A model generated the notes under the pieces. It did not search any database. It saw only the letters and a program-made list of their open reading frames with translations, and was not told where the DNA came from. From Azolla caroliniana (Eukaryota > Plantae > Polypodiophyta): 64,000 nt of DNA. Shown here piece after piece: positions 1-12,952 of this stretch. Location of the stretch: contig JBHGNT010000018.1 of NCBI GenBank assembly GCA_043228905.1, forward strand, positions 248,001-312,000. The letters run 5' to 3'. Made by a program: the position numbers and the translations under genes. The first letter of the stretch is position 1, and each line of letters starts with the position of its first letter.

Positions 1-1203
1 CCCGACTTCAAATCCAGCATTCATCCAAAAGTCGTATGCCAACTCAAGAAGCCTCTCTACGACCTCAACCAAGCAGCTCGTGCTTAGCATTCGAAGATTA
101 CGCAATATCTTCATCAAATCGGCTTTCGAAAGTCGAAATCTGACAACTCCCTCTACGTACGAAACGACTCTAGAAGCTCGATTGTCATCATCCTATATGT
201 GGATGATTTGGTCATTGGAGGAGAAATTTTAGTAGACATCAACAAGGTGAAATCCCTCCTCTCCAACAAATTCGAGATGACGGACATGAAGGAACTTCAT
301 TACTTTCTAGGCATCGAAGTGATTCGGATTCCGACCGGCATTATGATCTCTCAATGTCACTACATTCTCAAATTATTATACAAGTTCGGAATGACAGAGT
401 GCAAATCTATGGCAACCCCTCTCGATTGAAACCTCAAACTAGATGCCGACTCCGGCATAGACGAGTGTGAGCCGACTCAATATTGACAACTGATCGGGAG
501 CCTCATGTATCTCACGATCACTCGACCCAACCTCAATTATCTAGTCGGCCTCATTAGCCAATTCATGCAAACTCCGCGAGCTATCCATTTCAATTGCGCT
601 AAGCGAGTATTACGATACGTGAGCGGCACAATGGATTACGACATCCTCTACGCATCGGCCACACCAATTCGACTCAAAGGGTACTCGGATGCCAATTAGG
701 CCGGCTACAGAGCTGATAAACGATCAACCTATGGATTTGTCTTCTCGCTCACTAGCAGAGCAATATCTTGGAGTAGTAAGAAGCAGCCTACCGGCGCACT
801 TTCGAGTATGGAGGCCGAATACAGGGGCGTAACCGTAGTTGCATGTGAAGCTGTATGGCTCAGGAGGATTTTGAAGGATCTGGGTGTTCCCATCAAGGAT
901 CCGACTCCCATTTATTGCGACAACATGAGCAATATATATCTGGCTTGGAAGACGATGTTCCACGCACGCACAAAACATATCAAAGTGCACTACCACTTCA
1001 TTCAAGAGCGTGTTCAGGCCGGAGATGTCGATCTTCTACACATCAACACGAATCTTCAGACAACCGACATCTTCACCAATGCCCTAGGAGCCAACAAGCT
1101 TCGGCAATTCATGTCAAACCTTGGATTGACGATCCCTAACTTTCCAAGCTTGAGGGGGAGTACAAGCGAGAACCGGATACCGTCTAAACCAGGTATGAGC
1201 TGA
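1..1203 (+). mobile_element. Ty1/copia retrotransposon pol 3' end (RT C-terminus + RNase H), pseudogenised
   Basis: Reads LKKPLYDLNQAARA*, LYVDDLVI, FEMTDMKELHYFLGIEV, LMYLTITRP, YSDAN*AG, SWSSKKQP, EAEYRG, IYCDN, HARTKHIKVHYHFIQE and ends ...SLRGS. RT followed by RNase H at the end of pol is the copia order. In-frame stops (TGG>TAG, CGA>TGA) fit C>T decay. Confidence 0.95.
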
Positions 1204-1291
1204 AACGGACACCGAAGATCGTCTGAACCGGATACCAGCCGAAGCAGACATCAATTGAAAGGAACCGACCCGAGTTGAGCTTGAGGGGGCA

Positions 1292-1742
1292 TGTTGAGAA
1301 TCAAGCTCAACATAGTGCAACGTGTGAACACACCTTTTGAGAATCTATGATTACTCAAAGGTCAAGAGTCACACCACTACTCTCTGCACATTAACTGTGT
1401 CATAGAATCGTATTCTATGACACATAACTAATGAGTTACATATTCCCCATGACTATGAGTCTTCACATTCCCCAAGAGAGAGTGGTTGTTATAGTTAGTT
1501 AATGAAGAGAGAGGGTGACTATATATAAAGCACCCTCCTCATACTTCCTACTAAGTCGGTTGTGACTCCTTGTAATGCTACATTTTGTATTTGTTATTTT
1601 ACTTGTGAATATACATCTTCTTCTTCTTGAGTATTTCATTTCTCTAGCTTATCTATCTTGTGTTTCTCTTCTCTTCTCTCTTTTCTCTCACACATAACAC
1701 ACATCTCTTCCGCTACACAAGAGTCATATCTGATTCTTTACA
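1292..1742 (+). mobile_element. 3' LTR of the copia element (~451 bp)
   Basis: Polypurine tract TTGAGGGGGCA (1281-1291) is followed directly by TGTTGAGAA. Contains a TATA-like CTATATATAAAG (~1519) and ends ...TTCTTTACA. A homologous inverted copy lies at 42141-42570. Confidence 0.85.
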
Positions 1743-2319
1743 AAAGCAATAGAAGTTGCAAAATCTGGTGGAGTGTATCGAGTCATTCTCACACATTTCA
1801 GTCAACCTTACCCAAAAATTCCTATTTTGAATGACAACTATACAAGCCATGCTTATATTGCATTCGATATGATGAATGTAAACCTGGTGGATTTGCCGTT
1901 AGTACCAAGGTTACTACATGCCTTCAAAACACTTTTCAAAGTTGAAATGTTATTGGATGATGATGTAGAAATGGTAGCTTGAAATAAAAGCAACCTGGGG
2001 ATGAAGAGAATAGAAGGATAATAAAATGATCCAAGAAAAGGTGTTCATATGACCAGATTGAATGAGTCCTTTATAAGAAGATTTGCAAAGTCCTTTATAA
2101 TGAAGGCAGTTGAAGGTAAAGAATTCTTCAAGATATCTGGGCCATTAAAGAATCTGTGTGGGTTTTACAAAGACATTCCATCTAGATCTTAGGAGAAAAA
2201 ATGAGGATTTTTTCTCACTTCATGCAAGTATCCATTTGTCACACATGATTCAGAGGAGATATGGTATAATGGCCTGCCATGTTATTGGGTTATATTGGGT
2301 TAGTCAAACCACTCTCAGC

Positions 2320-4250
2320 ACTTGTGCCCAACGCCTAGTCTCACATCGCAATGCGTGTGAGCTAAGTCGTATGGAAGTGATGGTTCAGATGGTAGATAAT
2401 GGGATGGACTCTAAAATGTATTGATGTGTATGGTTTCCCTATTTGTTAAAGAATATATGGTTTTGTAATTATATGCAACATATGTTGTATAATGTGTGAA
2501 GCATGAGCCTCAATATTTTTCCCATGTCATGATACATTTGTGAAGCAAAAAGGTCTCATTTATAGAGGAATTTAGTGATGCATCATGAACCAACTCTGTT
2601 GCATCCCATTTTCCAAAGTTCCATTCTTTCATATCTTGCATCCAACCGGAAAACAATATTTTGCTTTTAATGTGTCTTTTTGCTTGTTTACCATGCAATT
2701 GTAGGAAGTTGATGTGAGAGACTTTATTGAAACTTTGGCATGTATTCAACAACCTTTTCCATGGCCATGATCTCAATGGGAAGTGATCTCATTTCAAGAA
2801 GTAGAAGGGCATATGATATTTGTTTCTTAACTTGTAGAAACTTTGTAAGAAAATGTTTTTGGACATTTTCAAACTCTTTGCAAGTAGATTTAGGGATGTT
2901 ACCATATCATATAGAAGCATTGGTGTCACCAAAGTGTTAAAAAGGTATTTCTTGAAGACCCAACACTTAATTTTCTCCATGATTGCATGTGTTCTCAAAT
3001 GCATAATATAATGTGCTCTCTTTTTCGCCTCTAAGTGACAAGTAGTACATTCATTCCATCTATGATTTGAAGGAACTTCAAGGCCAAATAGAGTTGTTGA
3101 GAGTGGGCATCCTTGCTTAATACAAATAGTGCTATTGAAAAAATCTGAATGTTTATCACCCATACCCACACAACATACAAACTTCTTATAGATTCAGGAA
3201 ATTGCAAGCATATATTCACTTGGCATCTTGAGTTCTTTCATTCGCCTCCAAAGATGCTCACGATGTACCATATCAAAAGCTGTCATGAAGTCTACGAAGC
3301 AACAATATAAACCTTTACCTCAAGCGACTTTCCTCCATTAATACTTGAAGGGTGACAACGTGATCGATGGTGCTATAGTGTTTTCAAAAGCTAGCTTAAC
3401 TCCCTTATCATTTTTTTTCAGCCCATGCACTTATATTTTATTCCATTATACATTTGAATAATTTTGCTATTAACGTGCAAACCATGATGGTTGAATAGTT
3501 GTTTGCATTATTTATATCTTCACCTTTATTTTAAGGTTTGATCCAATTTATAGTCCAATTGTTGGTCATGCCATGTTGCAATGCATGATTAAACATATCA
3601 CTTCTCCATGCATGTGTTTCTTTCCTCATCCATTTGAGCATTTGAGCATTTATACATTGAAGATTGTGTGCCTTTCGAGATGCCAATATCTTAAGTTCTA
3701 TGCATATATCTTCAATTGTAAAGAATGAAGACATATGTCAAAGACAACTATGACACATCAACTTTCCGGCAATAGATAGTTAATATAAATTGTTACATTG
3801 CATAGACAAGTCAAGAAGAGTTAAGTCACCATAACTCTCAATGGTTTCCCCATTAGATTTCCCAAAATTTAGTATGTGCCTTTTTCTTATGTTTAGAGAA
3901 ATTGTTGAGTAACTTCCAATATTCTTCTATTTTTTTGAATAATTACTCAAGCAAATGTTTTTGATAAATTTCTTTATCCTTAACTACATCCAAAATCATA
4001 AGGCACTTTCAAGCTCTATGATGTTCTTTATCAAACCATTTTTTCCTTTGAACTACATTTCTTGATCATTTCCGAGATGTATGTTTGGTTGAAAAACATT
4101 TGTTTGTGCATGAAAAAATGACTTCCTTGAGAAAACTTCCCATTTCCATTCTAGTGTAGCACCATGTTGTGACATTATAAATTGTAATATATCCTCAACC
4201 ATATTGGAATACATGGACATTCACTTAAGGTTCATGCACAAATGCAGTCG
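2320..4250 (-). mobile_element. Degenerate non-LTR retrotransposon (LINE) ORF2, RT and C-terminal region
   Basis: Minus-strand fragments CFVDFMTAFDMV (FxDFxKAFD), IKQGCPLSTTLFGL (QGCPLSP), LFNTLVTPMLLY and C-terminal RLSSHALRCETRRW. Many frameshifts; boundaries are approximate. Confidence 0.8.
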
Positions 4251-7200
4251 TTTAGAGAGAGAGGGAGGAGTGGGATTTATTTTCTAAAGTTCGATTCATG
4301 TATGCTTATTACTATGTCTTATAGACCATAGTTCATTAAAACTGGACTTGCAATGCATTCTTAATGGTTAACAATGATGAAATTTTGAGGTTTCAAAATG
4401 TATGAATTGTGTTGAAAGCGCGACAATTCACGTGTTTCTCTAGATAAAAGTGGACCTTTTGTGACTCAAGTCTCAAACTAACACACATTTCTATTAGGTG
4501 AATCAAACTTATCAAATTTATGTTTTTTAAAGAACCCCACTATATTGGATCTTCCATCATATTTCCATGTTCCAACATTGAAATATGATGTTGCAAAAGG
4601 AAGGATGTATTAACCTAGTGATTGTATGACCGAACTTTTAACAATTGTGAAGTAGTTCTAAGGCATATAAGACGAGAAAGACACGGGTCTAATTTTGTAA
4701 AGAGAGGAGGGATTTGTGTACGCATTGTAATAAGACCGATAGTGATTAGTCTAAAAAACTTGAAGGCACAAACCGTTACTAAATGTTACAAGGTGGGGTT
4801 CAAGTGGGGGCAAGCTCTAACGAAAAAGGAAAAGACAAGGTGGAAATTTTTAATATATTGATGTGGGGTTGCCAACATAGAGAAAAATATGTCAACCTTA
4901 AAGAATGGGAAGAGTGGGGTCTCATGCCCTTAGTTGGCACACATCTGTGTGTATGTAGTATACACACAATGTACACATATATTTTCATAGAGAGGATTAA
5001 ACAACCAAACACGCATGTTAGTCTCACTTCTCATTAGCTTTATTATTCCTTTGCCTCGTTGTCACACACATGCAATGTAGGATTGACAACTCTTAGAGGG
5101 GAGGGCAATGGATCCCCTCTAGATCCAAAAACAGATGAAAGAGGAGCATCATTGACTTTGAGCATCTATTCCCCGCTTTTGTTATATTCACACACTTTTG
5201 TGGATTTGATGAAACAGCTTCTACAAAATGTGCAATATTCATACTTTTTGCAAAAGAGAGCAAGAGCTTACTAGTATTGTGTTGCACACCATTCTGATTG
5301 GTTTTGTCGATGCCATCAACCAAGAGGGTTACTATAAAGTCCACCACTTGACATCTTGCAATCCTCTTCAAAGGGAGGAGTGGCATCAAGAATGTAGATA
5401 TAAGTGTTATGCAAGGACAATTCTCTATCCCCATCTGTCTTTCTACTTTTAACGCTATTTACTTACTTCCTCGAGGTGGAAGAGGGTCAATGTTGACCTC
5501 GTTATGGCCGTTAAAAAATTGTTTATCTATTTCATAAAGAGGGCTTACAATACTAGTCATGGGCCATATTGTGTGACATGTGTGCCTTTGGTTCGACGTT
5601 GATTCTTGGCTTGGTAACCTTAGGATTGGGCACTAGACCTTCTTGTCTTTGTTGAACAACAGTTTATCAATTGAGCATCTTAAACTTGGTAAAAAAATGT
5701 AAACCATTGAAAGTCGGATTCTAACCTTTATGTATAACTTACCACGTAATTGGGGAGTCTACTTTTCCATTCACCACCAACACATGGGGGACATATATTC
5801 CAAGCCATCTATGCCTTGGGTGCTAAATGTATGGATATATTAAAATTCCCAAATACTAGAATCATCAAGTGATAAATCAATTCTTAACTACCTCAAGACA
5901 ATAACTTCTTCCATGTTTTTTATAGTAAAATGGATATAAGATTAAAATAAGAAATTAATAGAAAAACAAAAGTTTTATATATAGTAAGCAAAGCAAAGCT
6001 AGAGTGAGCAATGAATTGGCAAATACTAGTCAATGCAGAACTTTGTTAGTAGGTTTTGGGAAAATGTTCTCGTCCTTATAGTTCGGGGGATTTAGTTAGG
6101 ATTTGGAGAGTTTGTTTAAGACTGATTCAATTTATGAGAGATTACTTCAAATCTTTGGGATAGGGCCAAGCCCATGTTGAGGAATAGATCTTGGGTTCTC
6201 TAATATTTATGACTTTGATAAAGAGAGAAGCTTATGAAATGTAAAAACGATCAACATACGTATTCAAGACGGAGAAAAAAGGAAGCAAAAACAATTTTCT
6301 AATTTCAACAAGAAAAATAATAATGCTCAGTTATGGCATCACCCTTTTGTGAGTCCTCAAAATGGAAGGGGAGACATTAAAAGAAGAAGGAAGTAGAAAA
6401 CAAGGGGCTCTTTCCATCAAGATTTAGACATGTATGGGCATTGATATGGTACAATTGCTTCATTGTGCATGGCTAACTATTACATATATCAGTAAATTTG
6501 GGAGCTCATGCAGTCATAGCTCCTCTAACTTACATAACTATTTTATGTACTTGGTTATATATGGTGAGATTAGATACACACATTTCTCGTAAAGGTTAGG
6601 TAGAGTGGATTGGGAGTGCTATTGATTCTCCAGGAATATCTTCTCATGGACATTGTCTTTTTAGAGGACTAGATGTTAGACCAAGATACTTCTTGTATAA
6701 GGTAACTCGACATGCAATGTTTACATTTGATTCTCCAAAAGCTAATTGACTTGGAAGTCTCCAATTTGGTAGCCAAAGTTATTAATAAATTGTAAGATGT
6801 GTATGTAAGGAATTGTTTTATATGCGCACTTCCAAACAAATTGGCAAACATATCGACATGTCTTCTCTCTCTAACGTCAACATATTCTTCTTTTAGTGCC
6901 ATTTGCATACATCCTTCCTACAAGCACTATTTTTGGATTGACCTCAATGTTTATTGTTTCTTTGCTAGTTGTGGCTATATACGACAAAATTATATGGAGT
7001 TCACGAAGGTTAGATATAATTTTACTTTGAACAAACATACAAAGCAAATGAATGCACAAACATAAAACCAAACACCACACTTTACTTTTGTTGGCATGGG
7101 TATAACTAAATTCTTAATAACCATAAGAATGTGATAATACATGGTGAATATCAATTCGTTATGCTCATCTTGATGTTTAGGAGACGATGAAATCACCTAT

Positions 7201-8352
7201 AATTGATTGAAGATATATTCAAAAGCGAAGATGTTGTTGTGATTCTAAAATCTCTCAATTAAGAAAATGGCATTAAAAACCATATATATGTTCTTTTACA
7301 TCTATTTTTGAGAGAGTCAAGAAAGCGCAATAGGATATTTATAACTAAGTCTATATATATGTTGGAGTGACACATTACATGACAATGTCCCAATGCAACG
7401 AGAGGTGGAGGGAGTTGTCTCTCTCCTTACATTTGGAAATGCAACCTTACTAAGGCATCCATCGTGTAAAAAATGGCATCATTTAGAACTATTTTTCGCC
7501 TTCCTGTGTCCTAAAACACACGCAAGTTGGAAAATTCTCAAAAGCAACGTTCCCCCCTTCATTGTGTATACTTTTACTCTGTTTTTTGTGCATTGTCGGA
7601 AGTTCCATTACTGTTTCCAGCTCCCTATTGACCACTTTACATGACTCTCCAAATCCACAACCAATAGAGTTTTGTGCCAAATGGAGACAAGTATCACATA
7701 TACATCCAACGACCATCACACCTTTTTAAGATCTTAATTTTGACCACTTTCTTCATAATATTTCTTATCATTGTCCTCGTTTCAAATCCAAATAGAAAAT
7801 GAAGAGAAGTTAAACTTTACATCCAAAAGGAAACGAGGTGATGTAACATCGTGTTTGCATGGTGATTATATCTATCTATATTGGTATGGACAATCACACA
7901 TGTCCATGTGTGGACATAAAAAATAGTTCACATTTTATGACACTAAGTCAATTTAGTTTTTAGAGCTTGCATTTTGTTTTCTTTCAAGAATGTTCCAAAT
8001 AGAACATTTTCAAATAATAGAGCTAACACTAAAAGATGACACTACCTAAAACCAAGATTGCAATACTCTAGTAAACAACATGTCCACAATGATATACATA
8101 TATTGTGACTCGTGAGAATTTAGGAAAGGTACAATGTACGAAATTACTGGTGGTAAATTTGTTTCCAATCTCATGGCTATGGTACAAGATCTTGCAATCC
8201 AAATGAGGATGTCACACTTGTTCCAACTTTATGTAAAATGTTTTGAGGGGCCATTCTACTTGTTAGTTTGATGTGTCAATTTCAAAAGTATCCTCTTCTT
8301 TATGTGATAGTTGTGGTGGAAACACGTCTACATTGACATTCATTAGCACAAT

Positions 8353-8515
8353 TTAACACTCACCCAGGAGCCTTGGGGTGAGTTCCTTAATGTATTCCAA
8401 AGCTATGGTAGAAACATATCTAGATTGATGTTCTTTAGCGCAAAGCATAATTAACACTCCTCGCGGAGCCTTGGGTTTGGTTCCTTCATGTATTCCATAG
8501 CTATGGTTGTAAATC
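8353..8515. repeat. Diverged direct duplication, ~98-bp period, 2 copies
   Basis: TTAACACTC..GGAGCCTTGGG..GTTCCTT.ATGTATTCCA.AGCTATGGT occurs at ~8353 and ~8451. Confidence 0.7.
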
Positions 8516-11187
8516 CATAATGGTAAACGATATAAGGTATATATTTTATTATTTACGTAGCGGACAAAATTGTACTATACATAATTCGTCTCAGTTAATA
8601 AACATTGAGGATACACGAATAAATAAAGCTTGCAACAATCTATGATAGTCATAGCTTCTTACAAACTCGTAGTTGCACATTGCAATGACAATATGTAGCT
8701 TCATTACTTTCTAGTGCACTCAATTGTAGTGCAAGTGTAAGGAAAATATAAATAAATGGAGGTAGTCTCCCTTTTCTTTTTCGATTGATGGTGTTTCTTA
8801 CCTATAAATTTGGAGTGGGGCCTACCCTTAGTGTGCGAACCTAGAGTGCCAACAATTGAGGACATTATAAGACTTACCTAGTCATACATATCTCAAGTAT
8901 GTTTCATACAATCTTGTTTTCTACTCAAAGATTTGTAAAGTCAATTTGACTATACTTATGAAGCATAATATATCTTTTCGTGGATCTCTTTTAATAAAAT
9001 TCCATCACATGACACATAGAAAGGAAGCTTCTTAAAAACTAGAGTTAATGATTAGAAATGACTTGTGCAACCCAAAGAATTGTCATTTGTTGTTAGAAAC
9101 TTTGTTTGAATTCACATTAAAATATGGTTATTATGAGAAAGTTATATTATCAAAATGGAAGCCACATTGATTAAGTACTTGGTTCAAACATGATGAAACA
9201 ATCACACAAATTCCATTTATTCTCGTAAATAATTACACTATGTGATTTTATTTGGAGATGAATATCGGGTCGATGTATTGTTGTCTGAAACATATGATTG
9301 GTATGACCATTAACTTTTTACAAGTCTCTCCTCTATAAAGAGTGGAGAGTTTTTCAAACATTTGCTCCTTACACTAGTTATAAGTAGGCCCAATTTTGGC
9401 AAATCATATTGTAGAAATATTGTGCTATACTTTGTTTAAGCCTTTCATTGCATTGAATTGTGTGTATGTGCATGCACATGCATCAATGCCTACTAGAGGT
9501 AGAAAATGACTCGTGAGACAAATAATGATCATAAATATGATTAAATTCAACTTAATTGTACTAAAATTTAAACAAAAGCTACATGTTTCATAAAGTTCCG
9601 TAATAATGATCTCAATGCATGATATACCTCTACATTTGGTAGTGATTCTTAAGATTGTTTCATGAGCATGAAGTGCATACCTATTGTTATTTATTATAGC
9701 AAGGAAGACTTTGACAAAGTTTACTTATTGCTTTTGGTTGTCCTCAAGAAGGTCAGTATGATGCTAATCAATGATATTCATGATTTGGTGCGCATATGGT
9801 TAATGTGCCTTGAATCTTGATTGTAGTTGTGGTCTTTGTTGTTTATATTCCTCTACTTGCTCGAGAGTGACTGCTTGGCACATTACTTGTAAAAATATTG
9901 GAAGAAGTTAATGACTGCAAGTTATTGCCAATACATACGGTCTGCAAACATGAGGGCTGACTACCTATGACTTTGATGCTTCTAAATGCCTTGGCCCAAG
10001 AGTTGTAAGTCAGCCCTTTCCATCATCTATGGTCATGAACTCTAGTTTTCTAATTATGATATCCTTGTATGTTGAGCACTTGCACATGGAGTATTCCTCT
10101 CTCTTGACATCTCCTTGACATAACTAATTACAAGTTTCATTTGATCTAGGTAAGCAAAATATTCTTTTTGCTTTGACATCAAGAGACAGATAAGTAGATG
10201 CTTTTATTATCGTTTTTGAAGGTCAAACATGACCTTTGAGATAAAAATATGGCGCTTTCACACATGACTCTCAACGTTCAAGAACATTACTAATATATAT
10301 GTTGCAATTGATTGTGCATGCTCTGATGTGAGAGAAATTCATGCATGCATTGGGATGGACATGTATGGAAAGAAAAGTCGAATGTGATTAAAGGCATAAT
10401 ATGGAATCAAGAAATGATTCTATGACTCCCAAACTTGATTAGCGCAAAGCTTGCATAGTCAACTTGTTAATTGACTTGAGATAAACTCAACACTAAGGTT
10501 TTTGAGGTTGCATGATATTTATTCACTAGTTGATTAATTATAGTACACAATTACTAATTTTCTTTATAAAGTCTTCATGTACATAAAACTTTGTTTGTGA
10601 GCCATTCAAGCAAACTTAGTAGGCATGGCATGGAAAAGCACATTTTGAAAGGACATCTTGAAAGATTACATGATATCTATATAACCACAACACGACAAAT
10701 CCATTCCCAAACATAACCTCTTGAATGTGTTTCAGTAGTATGAACTTGTCGATAATTTGTTCCATACATATTAAAAGCTTTTGTGACGACCTTTCATATC
10801 TTTTAGACTTTTGCTACATTGATAGATGCTATATTGGTAGTTTTGAAGACCCACATGTACATCTATATAATAGGAAGCCTTGATGTTACCAAAATCATGA
10901 TTTAGAATATTACTTCAGAACCTAAATTTTGATTTCTCATCCATTGCATATATTGTTCTCCAATGCACCGGAAGTCGTCTTCCCATTGCTAAACGATGAG
11001 TAACACATTCATTCCATATGATTAGAGAGGAAATGAAGCCCAAGGTATTTGAAGCTTTGTAACCATTCAAGTGGCTCATAATTTTGTACACATGAATGTA
11101 TGATCTAACCTTTGTTTGAGATATTCACAAGCATAATCTTTGTTTTAGAGCCATGGCCACTACTAAATTTACTTTGAGTGCAAAAGC

Positions 11188-11313
11188 TGTCCAAGACATC
11201 CCCTAGCTTGTGTTATATTCTAAACCACTTGTTAAAAGCACAACATCCTTTGTCCAAGACATCCCCTAGCTTGTGTTATATTCTAAACCACTTGTTAAAA
11301 GCACAACATCCTT
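11188..11313. repeat. Perfect 63-bp tandem duplication
   Basis: TGTCCAAGACATCCCCTAGC...CACAACATCCTT starts at 11188 and again at 11251. Confidence 0.9.
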
Positions 11314-11472
11314 TGCGTACATATATTGAAAGCATGAGAATAACATCCCCAATGGTAATCCTCTTCCACGACTTCTTGTTTTAGAAACTCGGCCAACCAT
11401 TTTCTTTTGATTCCTCAAATACAAGAACAAAATAGAGATAAACGTGTGAAATTACCACCCTATATTCATGAT

Positions 11473-11526
<54 letters not shown>

Positions 11527-11819
11527 AGAAAGAGAAAGAGAAATTTTATTATTCTATTTGGAGGTAAAATATGACCTATGATACCAAAAATATTACATTT
11601 TCACTTAATACACATGAAAGTGAGTAACGACTCTCCATGCCCAATAACTTTACTAATGGACATTACAATTTAGAGTGCATATTGTTCTTGTGAGAGAAAT
11701 TTGTGCAAGGGTTGGGTTTGGTCAAACATGTGTGAAAAGCGTACTCGAATGTGATCGAAGGTAGAGCCTTGTATCAAAGTGTGATACTCAAATTCCCGAA
11801 CTTGTTATAGGCAAAGTGT

Positions 11820-12260
11820 GCATAGTCGACTACTCTCATCATTTGTGCCCCAATGCCCCATCTCACATTGTAGTGCATGGAGCTAAATCACATGGAAGCA
11901 ATGGATTGGATGTCAGACAAAGGGATGGGCTCTAATAAATATTGATGTAGTCGGTTTCCTTGTTCAACAAAGAATATGGTTTTGTAGTTCGTTGCAACAT
12001 ATTTAGTATATATGTGTGAAGCGTGTGCCTCTACATTTTCCATTTTCCCCATGTCATCATGATACATTGGAAGTGCGAAAATGGCTCATTCACAGAGGAA
12101 TCTGGTGATCCATCATGAAGCAAGTGCGTTGCATCCCATCGTCCAAACGTCTTGGTATGTGTGGAAAACTTAGTATCGACACTCAACTTTGTATGTGTGC
12201 AAAACTCTTCCAATGTCCTTATAAGCTTTTGCACATATAATAAAGTATTTGCAGAAAAGC
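11820..12260 (-). mobile_element. LINE fragment, same family as 2320-4250
   Basis: 11960-12140 aligns by eye to 2440-2615 (AAAGAATATGGTTTTGTA...TGTGTGAAGC...TTTCCCATGTCATGATACATT...GTTGCATCCCAT). Confidence 0.75.
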
Positions 12261-12577
12261 ATCTGCACACAACAAAGTTCGTATATAGGGAGGCGATATG
12301 ATATGCAACTTGGGGAGCCCTCGAGCGGAGTATGGTTTGTTGTTTAGGGAAAGGGGAATGATGGACAGTCAAGACAGATTGTGAAGGACAAGTTTGAATG
12401 TTGGGGGGGGACAAAATAGGAGGGCCCAAAGTTAATAGGGTCCCCTAGTCATGCTTGGAATTGATTAGAACTCAAACAAAATATCAATCACTTCACTCCT
12501 CCCTAACAATATATGTATACCTAAGAATCAACACATACATATATATGTACATATGACACCCTTGCATACAACACAGA

Positions 12578-12612
<35 letters not shown>

Positions 12613-12952
12613 CATACATACATATATATATGCTTATGATGCCAGGCTGCCCTCGTGTGTGTGGTCATAATGAATGGTTCATGCCCACTTGGATCTATTC
12701 TTTTTTTCTTTTGGGTGGGTTTCAAAGGCAATACATGCATATATATATATATACCCACATACTGTCATACATACATACATCTATCTATCTATCATAATCA
12801 TCATCATTATCACCACCCATCCATCACCTTTACCATACTCCAGGACCTGCAAATTTGAAAGCCCATATCCTCCTCTCATTGATTATTGCCTCCTTCCTTT
12901 ATCTCTCTCATAATCGGGGGGCAGGAGCCTTTTATTGTGCCAAAATCAAGAT

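Noticed and set aside
5093-5434. ORF with LMPLLP...VDFIVTL, faintly like a gypsy integrase
   Set aside because: Similarity is too weak, and there are no supporting zinc-finger or DDE motifs.
6500-11150. Possible decayed DNA-transposon (hAT-like) coding remnants
   Set aside because: CpG-depleted, repeat-like DNA, but no motif could be read with confidence; it needs a TBLASTN or RepeatMasker run.
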